A DNA stretch of 64,000 bases from Guillardia theta CCMP2712 (taxonomy: Eukaryota; Protista; Cryptophyta): the NCBI RefSeq assembly GCF_000315625.1, contig NW_005434669.1, forward strand, positions 963,582 to 1,027,581, given 5' to 3'. The position numbers and the translations under genes are program-made. The notes beneath the pieces are model-generated. The model had not been told where the DNA came from. It saw only the letters and a program-made list of their open reading frames with translations, and made no database searches. This document shows positions 26,471 to 38,019 of this stretch, piece after piece; the first letter of the stretch is position 1, and each line of letters starts with the position of its first letter.

Positions 26471-29400
26471 TCACTTGTCGCGATTGCACCTGAAACTGTC
26501 GTCCCCATGGCTCAAGCTCTCTTTCGCCGCTCCACCTTCCCCTGCATCCGAGGTCGACAATCCCGACGGAGGAGCCTGACAAGGAGCCCCTGGGCTAGCC
26601 TGCTGGTTCACATTTGGTCGAGCAAAAGCACTTGCTGGGGTCGAGCTGGGGTCGACGGGAGCATTCATGGGCGCCTCATTTCGATGAGCATCCCGCGAGC
26701 TCCCAGAAGGCGGATCAGACGCACTTCCGCTCTCCTTCGCGCTCCTCGTCCAACCCTGCGGCTGCATGAAAACATTCACGTTCTGATCCCCAAAGGCCAG
26801 CACAGTCCCCTGTAGCGACAGGTGAGAAGCGCGAGGCATGACAGGGCCATTCCCAACAACTCTCCTCGAAGCTCTCATGCTGTACATTGGCATTGGCACG
26901 GCTGACTGCGCAAGAAAATTGTACGTGCACTGCCCAGCATGCAAGTAGCCAGGGCCTCCAGCATTGAGAAAGGGAGGGGCTGGGTCAGAGCTCCTGGTAT
27001 TCGGCCGGTTGGAGTCGCTGGACGAGCCTCGTTTTGTCCCTCTGCTATTGGTGCTCCTCACACCCCGGCTCGCTCTCATGCTCGCAATCTGGTCCCCATC
27101 CCTCGGCTGCCCAGCATTCGTACTGCTCCCCACAACCCGGCTCGCTCTCATGCTCGCAATCTGGTCCATATTCCTCGGCTGCCCAGCATTCGTACTTTTT
27201 CCTACACCCCGGCTCGCTCTCATGCTCGCAATCTGGTCCCCATCCCTCGGCTGCCCAGCATTCGTACTGCTCCCCACAACCCGGCTCGCTCTCATGCTCG
27301 CAATCTGGTCCCCATCCCTCGGCTGCCCAGCATTCGTACTGCTCCTCACACCCCGGCTCGCTCTCATGCTCGCAATCTGGTCCCCATCCCTCGGCTGCCC
27401 AGCATTCGTACTGCTCCCCACAACCCGGCTCGCTCTCATGCTCGCAATCTGGTCCCCATCCCTCGGCTGCCCAGCATTCGTACTGCTCCTCACACCCCGG
27501 CTCGCTCTCATGCTCGCAATCTGGTCCCCATCCCTCGGCTGCCCAGCATTCGTAGAGTTGTTCCCCTGGCTCTGCCCCCCTTGCCCTTGCCCTTGCCCTT
27601 GTCCTGTTCCTGGTCCTGGTCGTTGTCCTAGTCCTGGTCCTACTTGTATACTCCCAAAGTTCCAACAAGCAGAGTTCAAATTCATATGAGGTGGCCAATA
27701 GGCCGCAGCAGGATGGTTCGGAGGCAGCGGATGAGACCTCGTGGAGGAAGAAACCATCCCAGAGGACGGAGCAAGACCAGCGGAGCCTGCAGTCGTCCAG
27801 TTACGCATAGCTCGGTTGGATCGAGATTTAGAATCCAGAATTTTGTCTATTAATTTCTCCAGCTTGCCCCAAAAATGTTCAGCAGCCGGCTTGTCGACTC
27901 CCTGTGAATGAAATCAGACGAATTCATGCGACACGTTTGATCCAAATTCCTGAATCTCCATGATCGATTTCTTCATTCCCTCCTTGTCTAGGGCCCTGAA
28001 TGGTCGTTTAGATACTAATGAATCGACGACACCCTGAATCAATCCGTTATCGATAATAAACAAATTCATCGAAATGTTACTTCACGCAATCCCAAGCCTA
28101 CAAGCACGTTTCTGGAGCCAGAGTTCAACACAGTCAGCATGACGGTCAAGCGCATCTGTTGCATTTGATTGTGTTTGCGCTCATCCTCTAAACTTTTGAA
28201 ATAATCTCCAGGGATGTAAGTTCGATGTGTCTTGACAAATGGTGGCTCGATTTGTACAGGAGCAAGATCTTTTATCATTTGCAAGCGATCTGCTCGGGCT
28301 GGGACATGAAATTAAAGACAGATAGAACCACTGGTAAGAAAGCTTACATGGGGGTGCCTTGGATTCAACAACCACACAATCGTCTTCGCCATCACTGCCG
28401 ATTGAGATTTCGACTCGCACCTGGTTGCTGTGTGTGCCCTGAGGACTGCTCCAGAAGACCGCCTTCAAGGAACAATTTAGTTCTTCATACTTGCTGCAGT
28501 CAGATCACCTTCTCTGCGATGATTACATCCTTCTCTTTCGCATTATCCGAGCCGGGCAAATCTCCCACTGATAATTCAACCTCCCTTGAATTTGCTGGTC
28601 TCCCATCAGAAAAGGGTATTCCCACCGCAACAAGTGTCCTCACTCGCTCGCAACAATCGAAGAATGAGCGTATCGACGACCAAACAACTTGGCGGGATCT
28701 CCATTTCACCTGGACATAGCATCAGGTGCTCTCCCCCGTCTGTTGATGTGCATGTACATATTGGACATTTGGGCATCTCGACAATCTCAGGATCTTCCAG
28801 CTCGGACGTGTTCAACCTCGAATATGTACACAACTCAAAGGCCTTGTCAAAACAAGGGGTTACGATACAGGTCCCTCCGCCCCCAGAGCCTCCACACACC
28901 TCCATATGTTGACATAGATGGCCACGGCATGGAGTCTCTAGCCTGCAGAGGGATACGGGGTCGAACAATTTAAGAGTCAGAGGGCCTTCAACCACGAGCT
29001 CATCGCCCTTGAGAGCCGAAAGCCTCTCAACAAAGAACTGATGGCAGTGCTCAAAACTTCGCATCGCAACTTTGACCCCTCCTTCGCAGACTCGGGTTTG
29101 CGCTGGCTCAAGTGCTTTGCGCCAGTCGTCATCTTGCTTCGAATTTCTCCTATCTGTTGAGGAATTGCTGCTCGACAGCCCTTCTACCCTGGAGCTGCTG
29201 TCACTCCGGAGATTCCTAGCATTCGACCTCAAATCGGACCGACCGACCATATCGGATGGCTGGTGGTTGAGCTCAATACCGTGGCAACCCAGTCTTGTCC
29301 TCTTCTGAGGGCAGCTGGGTGCAGAATCATCTTCCCCTCGGCTCCGACGATTCTGTCGATAGCCTCGATGGATCTCAAACTGATCGTGCAGGAAGGGGAT

Positions 29401-29613
29401 TTGGTCCAAAGATCCATGGTCCAGAGTATTGTAGTCCAACTCATCATCACTTGCAGAACTGCTGTTCGAGTCCAAACTATTGCTTCTGCTCCTGTATTCT
29501 TGGGTTCTGCAGCTGCTGTCACTGAAGCTGTCGTCCAGGCTCTCGTCCCCGGAGTATTCGTCCTCCCATTCTTCGCTCTCACTACTGGAGTTCTGTGGAG
29601 GGTACAGAGACAT
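26471..29613 (-). CDS. SP-RING (zf-MIZ) domain protein, putative SUMO E3 ligase-like
   Basis: LTLKLFDPVSLCRLETPCRGHLCQHME[intron]AFELCTYSRLN..PKCPIC..LVVDTLILRLL matches the PIAS/Siz SP-RING pattern. Acidic Ser-rich N-terminus; downstream exons join the 26471-27808 ORF. Confidence 0.8.
27052..27554 (-). repeat. 72-bp coding tandem repeat x7 (24 aa)
   Basis: STNAGQPRDGDQIASMRASR(GVRS/VVGS) x7 with alternating variants. Confidence 0.95.
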
Positions 29614-31571
29614 TCTAAAACTCCTTACGCCTCCCTGCTTTTAAGTGACTCAATAGAATCAGATGAAAACATAGGTCCATCGAATCATTTATGAGTCCTC
29701 GGGACCTGTTGAAACACACTTCAACGACCATGACATGACAGCGTAATCAAAACGGAGAGCATTTAGATAAACTATTTAACCTTTGTAGTAACTCAAAAGC
29801 ACAGGACAAGATTCTCCAGAGACAACCAATGCACCTTTCCTTTTGCGGCTAATCATCAAACAGAAGATGGTCAATCCGTTCAACTTGCTCCTTCAGCGGT
29901 TGTCTTCTATCACTCAATTTGCCTTTCTCTCCCTCTCTCCCTCTCTCTCTCCCTCTCCCCCTTCTTTATCCATCTCTCCACGTTCCCATCTCCCCTTTAC
30001 TGCGCATTGTATCAACCCTATACCCACCACCTGAAGATCTACCTGACCCTACCCATACCTGAAAACAAAATGAGGTTCACCCCTCCATCTGACCTGATTT
30101 TAACCCTTCCTTCCTATGAGGACTTGACCCACCCTACCCACTTCCAAAAACCTCGTTCCGTGGTACCCGTCCTTTTCGGTCCATCAAAATTTCACCCTCC
30201 TATCTCAAGCCCAACCACCCCTACCATCGTCAATACGACGCCATAGGAGTCAAACAGGGGGTCTGCAATTTTAACTCGAAAGTTCAACTTGCTAGGAAAC
30301 GCAGATCAGGGGTGGGTACCTGAACGGGCAATGCTGAAATGAAAGGGATTTTTCCGTAGAAAAATGGTCAGAAATAATAGGTGGGGTGAGGCAATTTCTT
30401 GAGAGGCCAGGGTGGTATGCGAGATTTCAAATGTAGAGGTCAACAAGGCGTTCATTTCATTTCTAAATGCCTTTATTCATCTTTGAAGTTAAATATCAAT
30501 ATTTGTATTGAGAACTTGAAATTTCTGAGGGACCCACCGAATACCCCCACTATAGGCTATCACAGTGAAGTCCCCAAGTACACACCCGTACTTTAGCCGA
30601 TACTTTGTACCCCACTGGCGTCGTGCCCAGTACCCCTACCCCCTGTGAACAGTCTGTCTTCCTCCTAAAGGAATTGCGGGTGTTTGCCCATTGACCGTGA
30701 AACTTCCCACCCTTGGATCTCCTCAAGATTAGGCCTGAAAGTACCCGGTACTACCCAGATTCCACGGGCAGAACACGAGCAACTCCATGACATATGAGAT
30801 AGTCAATTACGAATCGGTACAATTGTGTTTTTATTTAGTACGAAGTTTCTACAAATTTTAAAACATCCGTGGTACTGAGTTTTCAAGACGACCTCTCAAA
30901 TGCAATGACCATGTGGTCCACCCCCCCATGTGAAAGGTAGAAGTACCCGTGGATGAAGACAACCCTACCCGTCTTGTCTAGGAGAAATCTGGTACATGAA
31001 AGAGGGTGGATGTCCCGCCAAAATTTCGCCGCTCCCAAGATACTTGAGTCGAAGGGGGAAAATTATTCGTCCAATTTTGAAACATTAAGATATGGTTTGA
31101 TTTGTATTGAACTAAGGGCCAAACCCGTTTGAAACCACTACAGAGGCAGGTGATGGCACGGCGGAGGCAGCGGAGGCGTCAATGGCGGCTGGCGGACGGG
31201 CACAGCCCTGAAATGTTGATGATGAGCGATGAAATTATGCTGTTGTTCCTTTGAAAGAGCTACGTTGAACGATGCTTGATGTCTTAGATCCTGTTGGAAT
31301 ATGTGAGAAGCATTTTTGGAAGTCACCACATGACCTAAAGAAACACGAACGTTTTTCATCTAGATTCGTTTCAACTGCTGGCTGTCGTTGTGAGATGGAG
31401 GATCCCGTATTTTGATACCAATTTTTTCCATTCTCTCACGTTTCATTTTGTGGTTTCGTTGAAAGTTGAAAGTTGATGAAGACTTCGTCCCTTTCCATCT
31501 TACTTTCAATCACCAAAGTCGTTTACAGGGATATCATCTTCAAGTTGGCGTTTTAAGGTCCAGCATTGAAG

Positions 31572-32228
31572 ATGTCTTCCTCGAAGGTCACTTGATATAA
31601 GCTGACATAATCTTGCACGGTTTTGACGTTGGAACAGCGAATGGTAACCTTGCTCTCCCCGGACAAGCAAACGTTTCAAGTTCCATGGGATGTGGCAATG
31701 CGTAGCACTGTGATCAAGCAGATGCTTGAAGGTGACTGGTATGATCCTTTACTCGCAAGCGTACTCACTGATTTCATAGATCTCCCTGAGCCAGAAGAGG
31801 GGGCCGAAGATCAGACGGATCCTGTTCCCCTCATGGACAGGAGTTGCAGTGCGAATGTCCTCGAGAAAGTGTTGGAATACCTCAAGAAGCATCATGACTT
31901 TGACAAATCAAATGCTTCACAAGAAGATAAGGATGCTTGGGATAAGAAATACGTAGAAGTGGAAGATGAAGTACTGTTCCACTTGATTCTTGCAGCGAAT
32001 TTCCTCGATATCAAAGATCTTCTCGATCTTACTTGCAAGACGGTAAACAGAGGGAACATGCTTGCCACATAATCGGACTGATGTTGGGTGCAGGTTGCGG
32101 AGTACATCAAGCAGTGCAAGACCCCCGAGGAGATCCGTCTTAGGTTTAACATCCCCAACGACTTCACTCCAGAAGAGGAAGAGGAGGTCCGCAAAGAGAA
32201 TGCATGGTGCGAGGAGGCACCCTCTTAA
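31572..32228 (+). CDS. SKP1: SKP1 (SCF ubiquitin ligase subunit)
   Basis: [92 protein letters not shown]. Confidence 0.96.
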
Positions 32229-32439
32229 GGCTCAGAAACAGCAGGTTGCAGTGGGAAGCTTGGTATGGAGGTCAGCCGGAGAAGTTGATATTCGGAGTAT
32301 CTGTAGTGTTGGAAGAAAACTTGAAAATCGCAGCTTGCATTTTTCAAGTACGGTCTGTAATCATCGCAGAGGGAAAAGGAGGAACTTGTGTCCAAAAACC
32401 TGTCGCAGTTTGACGCAGGGACCTGACGATTGATTGACT

Positions 32440-32780
32440 GAGTTCTGGATTCCACCGTCCTCCCTGCCGCCGGAGTATCCGTAGTACCCGGTCTTCCGAT
32501 GCCGCTGTGCAGTGGCCGCCCAGTGTACCTCACGGCGTTGTACGGTCACCCGACCAAATTTTTCCAGATACTGGCCACGGCCGATGACTGAGTACCGTGA
32601 CGGTTGGCCGGGCCGCTGGCAGTGAACTTGCCCGGGCCCGCGGCGCCATCATCCGGCCCGCCGGGGCCCATCGGGACAACCGGGGGCGCGGCAGTTGGAG
32701 CGGCGGCGCAGGGTCGGCGTGACTTTGAGCGGTTATGTGGGCGATGAGATTGGAGGCCATGGATCACGCGGAGGGCGCAA
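32440..32780. other. GC palindromic island upstream of engB
   Basis: gcccgggcccgcgg, ccggcccgccgggg and gtacggtcac words. Confidence 0.65.
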
Positions 32781-33096
32781 TGAGCTATGGGGGCATGGGG
32801 ACGAGAAGGAGAGGAGGGGGGGAGGGGGGCAGACTATGAGGAGAATATGTTGAGGTAGAAGCTACATGGCAAGTCAAGGTACCACTCGGTAGAGGAGTGA
32901 TCGAAAGGTTCATAGCAGCAAACCCTTTCGAGAGAGTTCAAGCGATATCCCAGTATATCCATGATGCCTGGAACTCTTGCTCTCCTCTGTTGCTCCCACT
33001 ATATCCTTCTTTCCATTGAGAAGCATGTATAATTTACGACAATCAAACGCTTTCCTGGGTAACACTGACACTTGCATGTTGAGCAGGGGCGAAGGA

Positions 33097-33263
33097 ATGG
33101 CGGCAAGATGGATAGGGATTGCCGTCTTTGTTGCGTTCCTCGCTCACACCGCAGCTTTCTCTCCTGTTCTCCTGTCCTCGTGTACCCTCCGTAGATCTCA
33201 ATGTGCAATATCACTGCAAATGCAGCGGGGAAAGCCAGCACCGAAGCGGGGGGACAGGGACAA

Positions 33264-33295
<32 letters not shown>

Positions 33296-34073
33296 GAGGG
33301 AAGCAGAGGCAGCAAGGTCGTCCAGACAGCAGCATGCCGGACGTAGGAAGCTCGAGACAAGGGAGGAAGATGATCAACAGCATGCTGAAGGAGGTCAAGG
33401 TGGTGGAGAGTGTAGGGAAGAAGATGCAAGACTTTGACGTCAAGAAGATGCCAATCGGCACCAAGTTCCTCGGCTCCTTCGACGGGGAGCCCCCGCTCTT
33501 GCCCGTGCCTGAAGTCGCCTTCGCGGGGAGGAGCAACGTTGGCAAGTCCAGCATGCTGAACTGCCTCACAGGGTCGAAGCTGGCTGTCACGAGCAAGACC
33601 CCAGGGCGCACGAGAAGGATCAACTTGTTCGTGCACAAGGACAACACCGGCCGGGCCCTCGGCATCGTGGACCTGCCGGGGCTGGGGTACGCCAAGATGT
33701 CCAAGGGCATTAAGGAGAAGCTGTCGGACGAGATCACCCAGTACATCAAGACCAGAGAAGCCCTCAAGCTCCTCGTCATCCTCATCGACCCGAGGCTCGA
33801 GCCGCAGGAGCAGGACGTGCTGCTTGCGGAGCTTTGCCTTGACAAGAAGCTGCCTTTCGTCATGGTGGGTACAAAGGCAGACAAGCTGAGCAACAACGAG
33901 ATCGAGATTGCCTTCTCCAAGTACGAGGAGGCCATCGGGATCGGGACAGGGCAGCTGATTTCATTCAGCTCCAAGACGGGAGAAGGGAAGGCGTTTGTTT
34001 GGAAGCAGATCAACCAAGCTCTCTTCACTGATGAGGCAGAGAAAGGTGGTGGTGAAGGTGATGATGATGATGA

Positions 34074-34115
<42 letters not shown>

Positions 34116-34134
34116 TGAAGATGATAAGAGATAA
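33097..34134 (+). CDS. engB: EngB/YihA (YsxC) GTPase, plastid-targeted, intronless
   Basis: Leader MAARWIGIAVFVAFLAHTAA-FSP; G1 PEVAFAGRSNVGKSS, G2 SKTPGRT, G3 VDLPGLGYA, G4 TKADKL, G5 FSSKTGEG; poly-Asp tail. Confidence 0.94.
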
Positions 34135-34200
34135 TATTGCATCTTGCATCCGACAAGCAATGGTGGCAAACGTTGCTCGCATGGAGCCACATGATACAAT

Positions 34201-37130
34201 TCATCCATTGCGATCTACAATTTCTCCGTTCTCTCTCTTCCACTCGTCTCTCAGTTGCATGATGCAGTTTTGGATCTCAGCTCGCATGTTCGAGATCTCG
34301 TTGCGCTCAAACCTGTCAAGAGGTGAAAGTCAGACAATCTCTCAGTTATGAGAAGGGAAGAGAGTTGGACAAGAGGCATGAGATAGGCTCACCATTTCAG
34401 CGTTTGCTCATCTTGGATGTCTTCATAACTGAATGATCGAATTACACAAACTCTCATATCTCTTGCACAACATGTTATGAATCACCTCATCTGGTTGGTC
34501 ACGTACTTCTCGCAAAACAGCTCGATGTATCTGAGAAGGAACAGCCCGCAGTCACACGAGTTGTTCTGCTGTGGCAGGAAGAGGCAGCGGGCAGAACAGA
34601 TGCACTTTCTCATGCCGCTGCTGCAAAACTCGTCAGCATGTGCGGAGAGGAAAGGATTGCTTACTGGGATGACGACAAGTGCACGCCCCCGCCCTCCCCG
34701 CCCTTGCCAGCCTTTTTCTCCTCCTCCTTCTTCACCTTCCACTCGAACTTGAGGTAGTCTGTCAGCTTCACCACTGCGTCCTTCATGTATCCCCCCATCG
34801 AGTCGAGGTACAAGATCGTGTGCTGCCTCCCCCGGTCGTCTCTGCACTCTCCGCTCGCTGCATCCTAAACGCACGACGGGCTAGTCATAACCTCCCAGGG
34901 TGAAGGAGCGGGGCTGGGGGTGAGAGGGGAGGAGAACGAGAGACAGGAGGGGAGAGGGAGGAAGGAAGAGAGAGGAGAGGAGAGGAGAGGAGAGGAGAGG
35001 AGAGGAGAGGAGAGGAGAGGAGAGGAGAGGAGAGGAGAGGAGAGGAGAGGAGAGGAGAGGAGAGGAGAGGAGAGGAGAGGAGAGGAGAGGAGAGGAGAGG
35101 AGAGGAGAGGAGACAAGAAAGGAAATGGAAGAAAGGAAGGAGCGAGGGACCGAGGGACCGAGGGAGCGAGGTGTGGGAGAGAAAGGAGGAGTTACCTTGT
35201 CTAGATTGACCACTCCACCCGGCGCGCAAATGATAGCAAGAGTCCAGTGCACTTCATGGCAGATCGGGATGAACAAGAAATCCTTCTCAAAGATGTCCAA
35301 CTGCAACAATACCATCACGATCATCTTCCCATGCCGAGAAGAAATCTCACCTTTCTCGTCCAAGTGGCAACATTGCGGTGCCTCTCCTCCGGTGTTCTCC
35401 CTTGCAATCTGCAACCCAGTGAGCGAGATCGGCAAGGGCAACACGGGAGAAGAAGAGGAGAGTCGAGATGGCATCTCACAATTTCTTCCAGAAGAATGTG
35501 CTGAAGAAGTAACATCGCTCCCTCGTCTGCGCGTCCATCCGCTGCTCGATGAACTTGATGTAGAACTCAATGATCGTGTCGTTCAAGAGCTCCTCCTCCC
35601 TCAACCTGCCCCGTCCATCAGCCACCCTCCTCTCGTCCATCAGCCACCCTCCTCTCGTCCATCAGCCACCCTCCTCTCGTCCATCAGCCACCCTCCTCTC
35701 GTCCATCAGCCACCCTCCTCTCGTCCATCAGCCACCCTCCTCTCGTCCATCAGCCACCCTCCTCTCGTCCATCAGCCACCCTCCTCTCGTCCATCAGCCA
35801 CCCTCCTCTCGCCATCCCTTACGTCTCAAAGTCCTTTGCCGTCACCGTTATCAGCCCCTCTTGCTTCTTGGCCGTCGACTTCGCCAGTGGGTAGACCAGC
35901 ACAACCTCCCTTGGATCCTTGAACTTGTAGAAACAAGTTTCCTTGCTGCCTGATCGCAACCGCTGCAGTTCATGTCAATGAGTCTCAGAGGAGAGAGAGA
36001 GCGGCACAGCCGACCTTCTGCGGCCTCGTATCTTCTGCTTCCTTCTCCTGACCTGCACTACCCTCTGCTCTCGCAGTCTTGTCGGAGTTGGTCGGGCAAC
36101 TCGAGGCGTCTCCCTCTGTCGTCGAAGGGCTTCTGTGGACGCCTTCAGCATCCTCTCTCTCCTCTTTCAGCTGCGCAGCGTCGCTGTGATTGGGAGAGGG
36201 AGTAACAGGGGGGCATGGCGCTCGCTCAGGCGGAGGGGACTGACTGCCAATTATCGTTGTTTCAGTTTCCATGTGCACTTGCTCACTGCCGTCATCAGCG
36301 TCAGCTGGAGCCGAGCTGGATGTCGCCTCGGCAGAGCTCGCTGCTCCCTGCTGATGTTGGCCAGCCCTGGTACCTGAAGAAGACACCCCGCTCCTTGCAG
36401 GGCGATCTGCGGGGGCGGGATCTGGACTGCTCACCTGTATCGGATCTTCTCCCCTGTGCTCTTTGATCTCCTTCTCGCGGGGGGGCTCTGCATTCTTTCT
36501 CGACTGTCCCCGCGTCCTTCCCTCTGGTTGCAATGCTTCTTCCACCGCTCGATGCTTGCTGTCTCTACCGTCGGCGGATTTCCTTCGGTTGGGTTCGTGG
36601 TCGTTTGCCTCCTCTTGCTGAGGTCTTCTAGTAGTTTGTGCAGCTTTCTTGGCCGCAGCGGGATTGTCCGCATCGGTAGGATCCTCTATCAATTCTAATT
36701 CTACCACCTCATGATCCTTGTCTCTCTTCGTGTCGCTTCTTGTCTTTTTAGAGGACGGGTCTACCCTGTTAGTGGCGTCGTTTCCCTGTGCCTCTTCTCC
36801 GTCAAACTGCATGGTGACTTCCTCCTCTCTGTTCGCTTTTCTCTGCCCCCTGGTGATCTTCTGGGAGTGACCTCTCGTCTCGACCACGTCGTCGTCTGCG
36901 TCCTTTGATGTTTCCGCCACTGTAGCACATTCCAGCTTTCCTTTCTCCTCTCTTCTCCTCCCTCCCTTATTGCCCTCAAGATCCACATCCTTGCGAGCAA
37001 CGACTTCTGCCCTCTCTTCTGCCTTCCTCTTCTTATCTCCTTCCCTCCCATCAGTCTTGTACTTGTCTGTCGTCTGTGGTACATGATCCGACCGCGTTGC
37101 ATGCTTCGGGCGCTGCTCAGCCTTCGGCAT
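34201..37130 (-). CDS. Ulp/SENP SUMO protease (peptidase C48, Ulp2-like)
   Basis: LNDTIIEFYIKFIE..CYFFSTFFWKKL, DIFEKDFLFIPICHEVHWTLAIIC (His), ILYLDSM (Asp), LPQQNNSCDCGLFLLRYIELF (Gln/Cys); long charged N-terminus. Confidence 0.92.
34969..35111 (+). repeat. (AGAGG)n microsatellite, intronic
   Basis: Direct inspection. Confidence 0.95.
35612..35809 (+). repeat. 22-bp tandem repeat x9 (cgtccatcagccaccctcctct), intronic in the Ulp gene
   Basis: Nine identical head-to-tail units over 198 bp. Confidence 0.95.
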
Positions 37131-37279
37131 GGCGTATGACGACCACAAGTGGATGATCATTACAGTACGGTGGGGTGGTCAAAACCTGGTAATCAACTGG
37201 TCCGTTCCTAGCTAGTGTGGCTACAGAGACGGGGGTGGGTGGTGAAGGTACCCGAAGTCGGGTGGCAACCGGACTTGAA

Positions 37280-37715
37280 TTACTGAGTCCTCGCGGCCGG
37301 GCCGCAGGTAAACCGGGCCGTGAAATCGGAACTTCGGAACTTCGGTCAACCCGGCCGGGCGCCGGGCCGGGCGGCTGCCGCCTCCGAGTCCAGACCGTCA
37401 CACTGGCACAATGGGGAGGGTCTTTGGAATGATGGGATAGAAGCTACCGTGGATAATGCCAGGGGGCCCGCCGCTTCACTGATCGGACCGTGTGGCGTGG
37501 TCTCAGTCTCGAGTCACTTCACAAAACTTGCCGCCGCGCACTTCATGGCATCCGATGCCATGATCCAGTCCAGGATCCGGATCTTTCCGGCCCGGCATGA
37601 GTTCGCCGTGACGTCAGCTCAAGGCCGGCCTCCCTGCCAGTCAGCATGGCGGCCCAGTCACGGTGGCGCACCGGGCCCGGCCCGTCGGAACGGTCACCGG
37701 GTCCTGCGCGCTTAA
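37280..37715. other. GC palindromic island upstream of the Ulp gene
   Basis: cggaactt x2, ccggccgggcgccgggccgggc, tccggatctttccgg, gtgacgtca. Confidence 0.7.
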
Positions 37716-38019
37716 GTGAAGGTATCAGTTAAGTTTGGGGGACAGCAGTCGGCAGGATGAGGAGTGGTTCCGAGGCTCGCTGTCTTTTCTCTTTTCGCCG
37801 TATGGCGCGGCCTGTGCGACAATCACAGTGTGGCAGGGTCAAACCTCCTCTCAGGCTAGGCTCTCCTGATTCATGATTGTCCTCGTGAAGGTATCAGTTA
37901 AGTTTGGGGGACAGCAGTCGGCAGGTTTAGGTTTGGTTCTCGCTGTCTTTTCTCTTCTCGCCGTTTGGCCTGTGCGACAGTGTCAGGGTCAAGCCTCCTC
38001 GACTCTCCTGATTGTCCTC
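37716..38019 (+). repeat. Tandem duplication with copies of 169 bp and 135 bp
   Basis: Both copies begin gtgaaggtatcagttaagtttgggggacagcagtcggcagg (37716, 37885) and end gattgtcctc. Confidence 0.92.

Noticed and set aside
27052-27554. CRISPR-like array
   Set aside because: Head-to-tail repeats with no unique spacers, inside a eukaryotic coding exon, and no cas genes; the same applies to the 22-bp array at 35612.
34881-35953. ORFs with SSPLL/EERRG or SATLLSSISHPP repeats
   Set aside because: Translations of intronic satellites in the Ulp gene.
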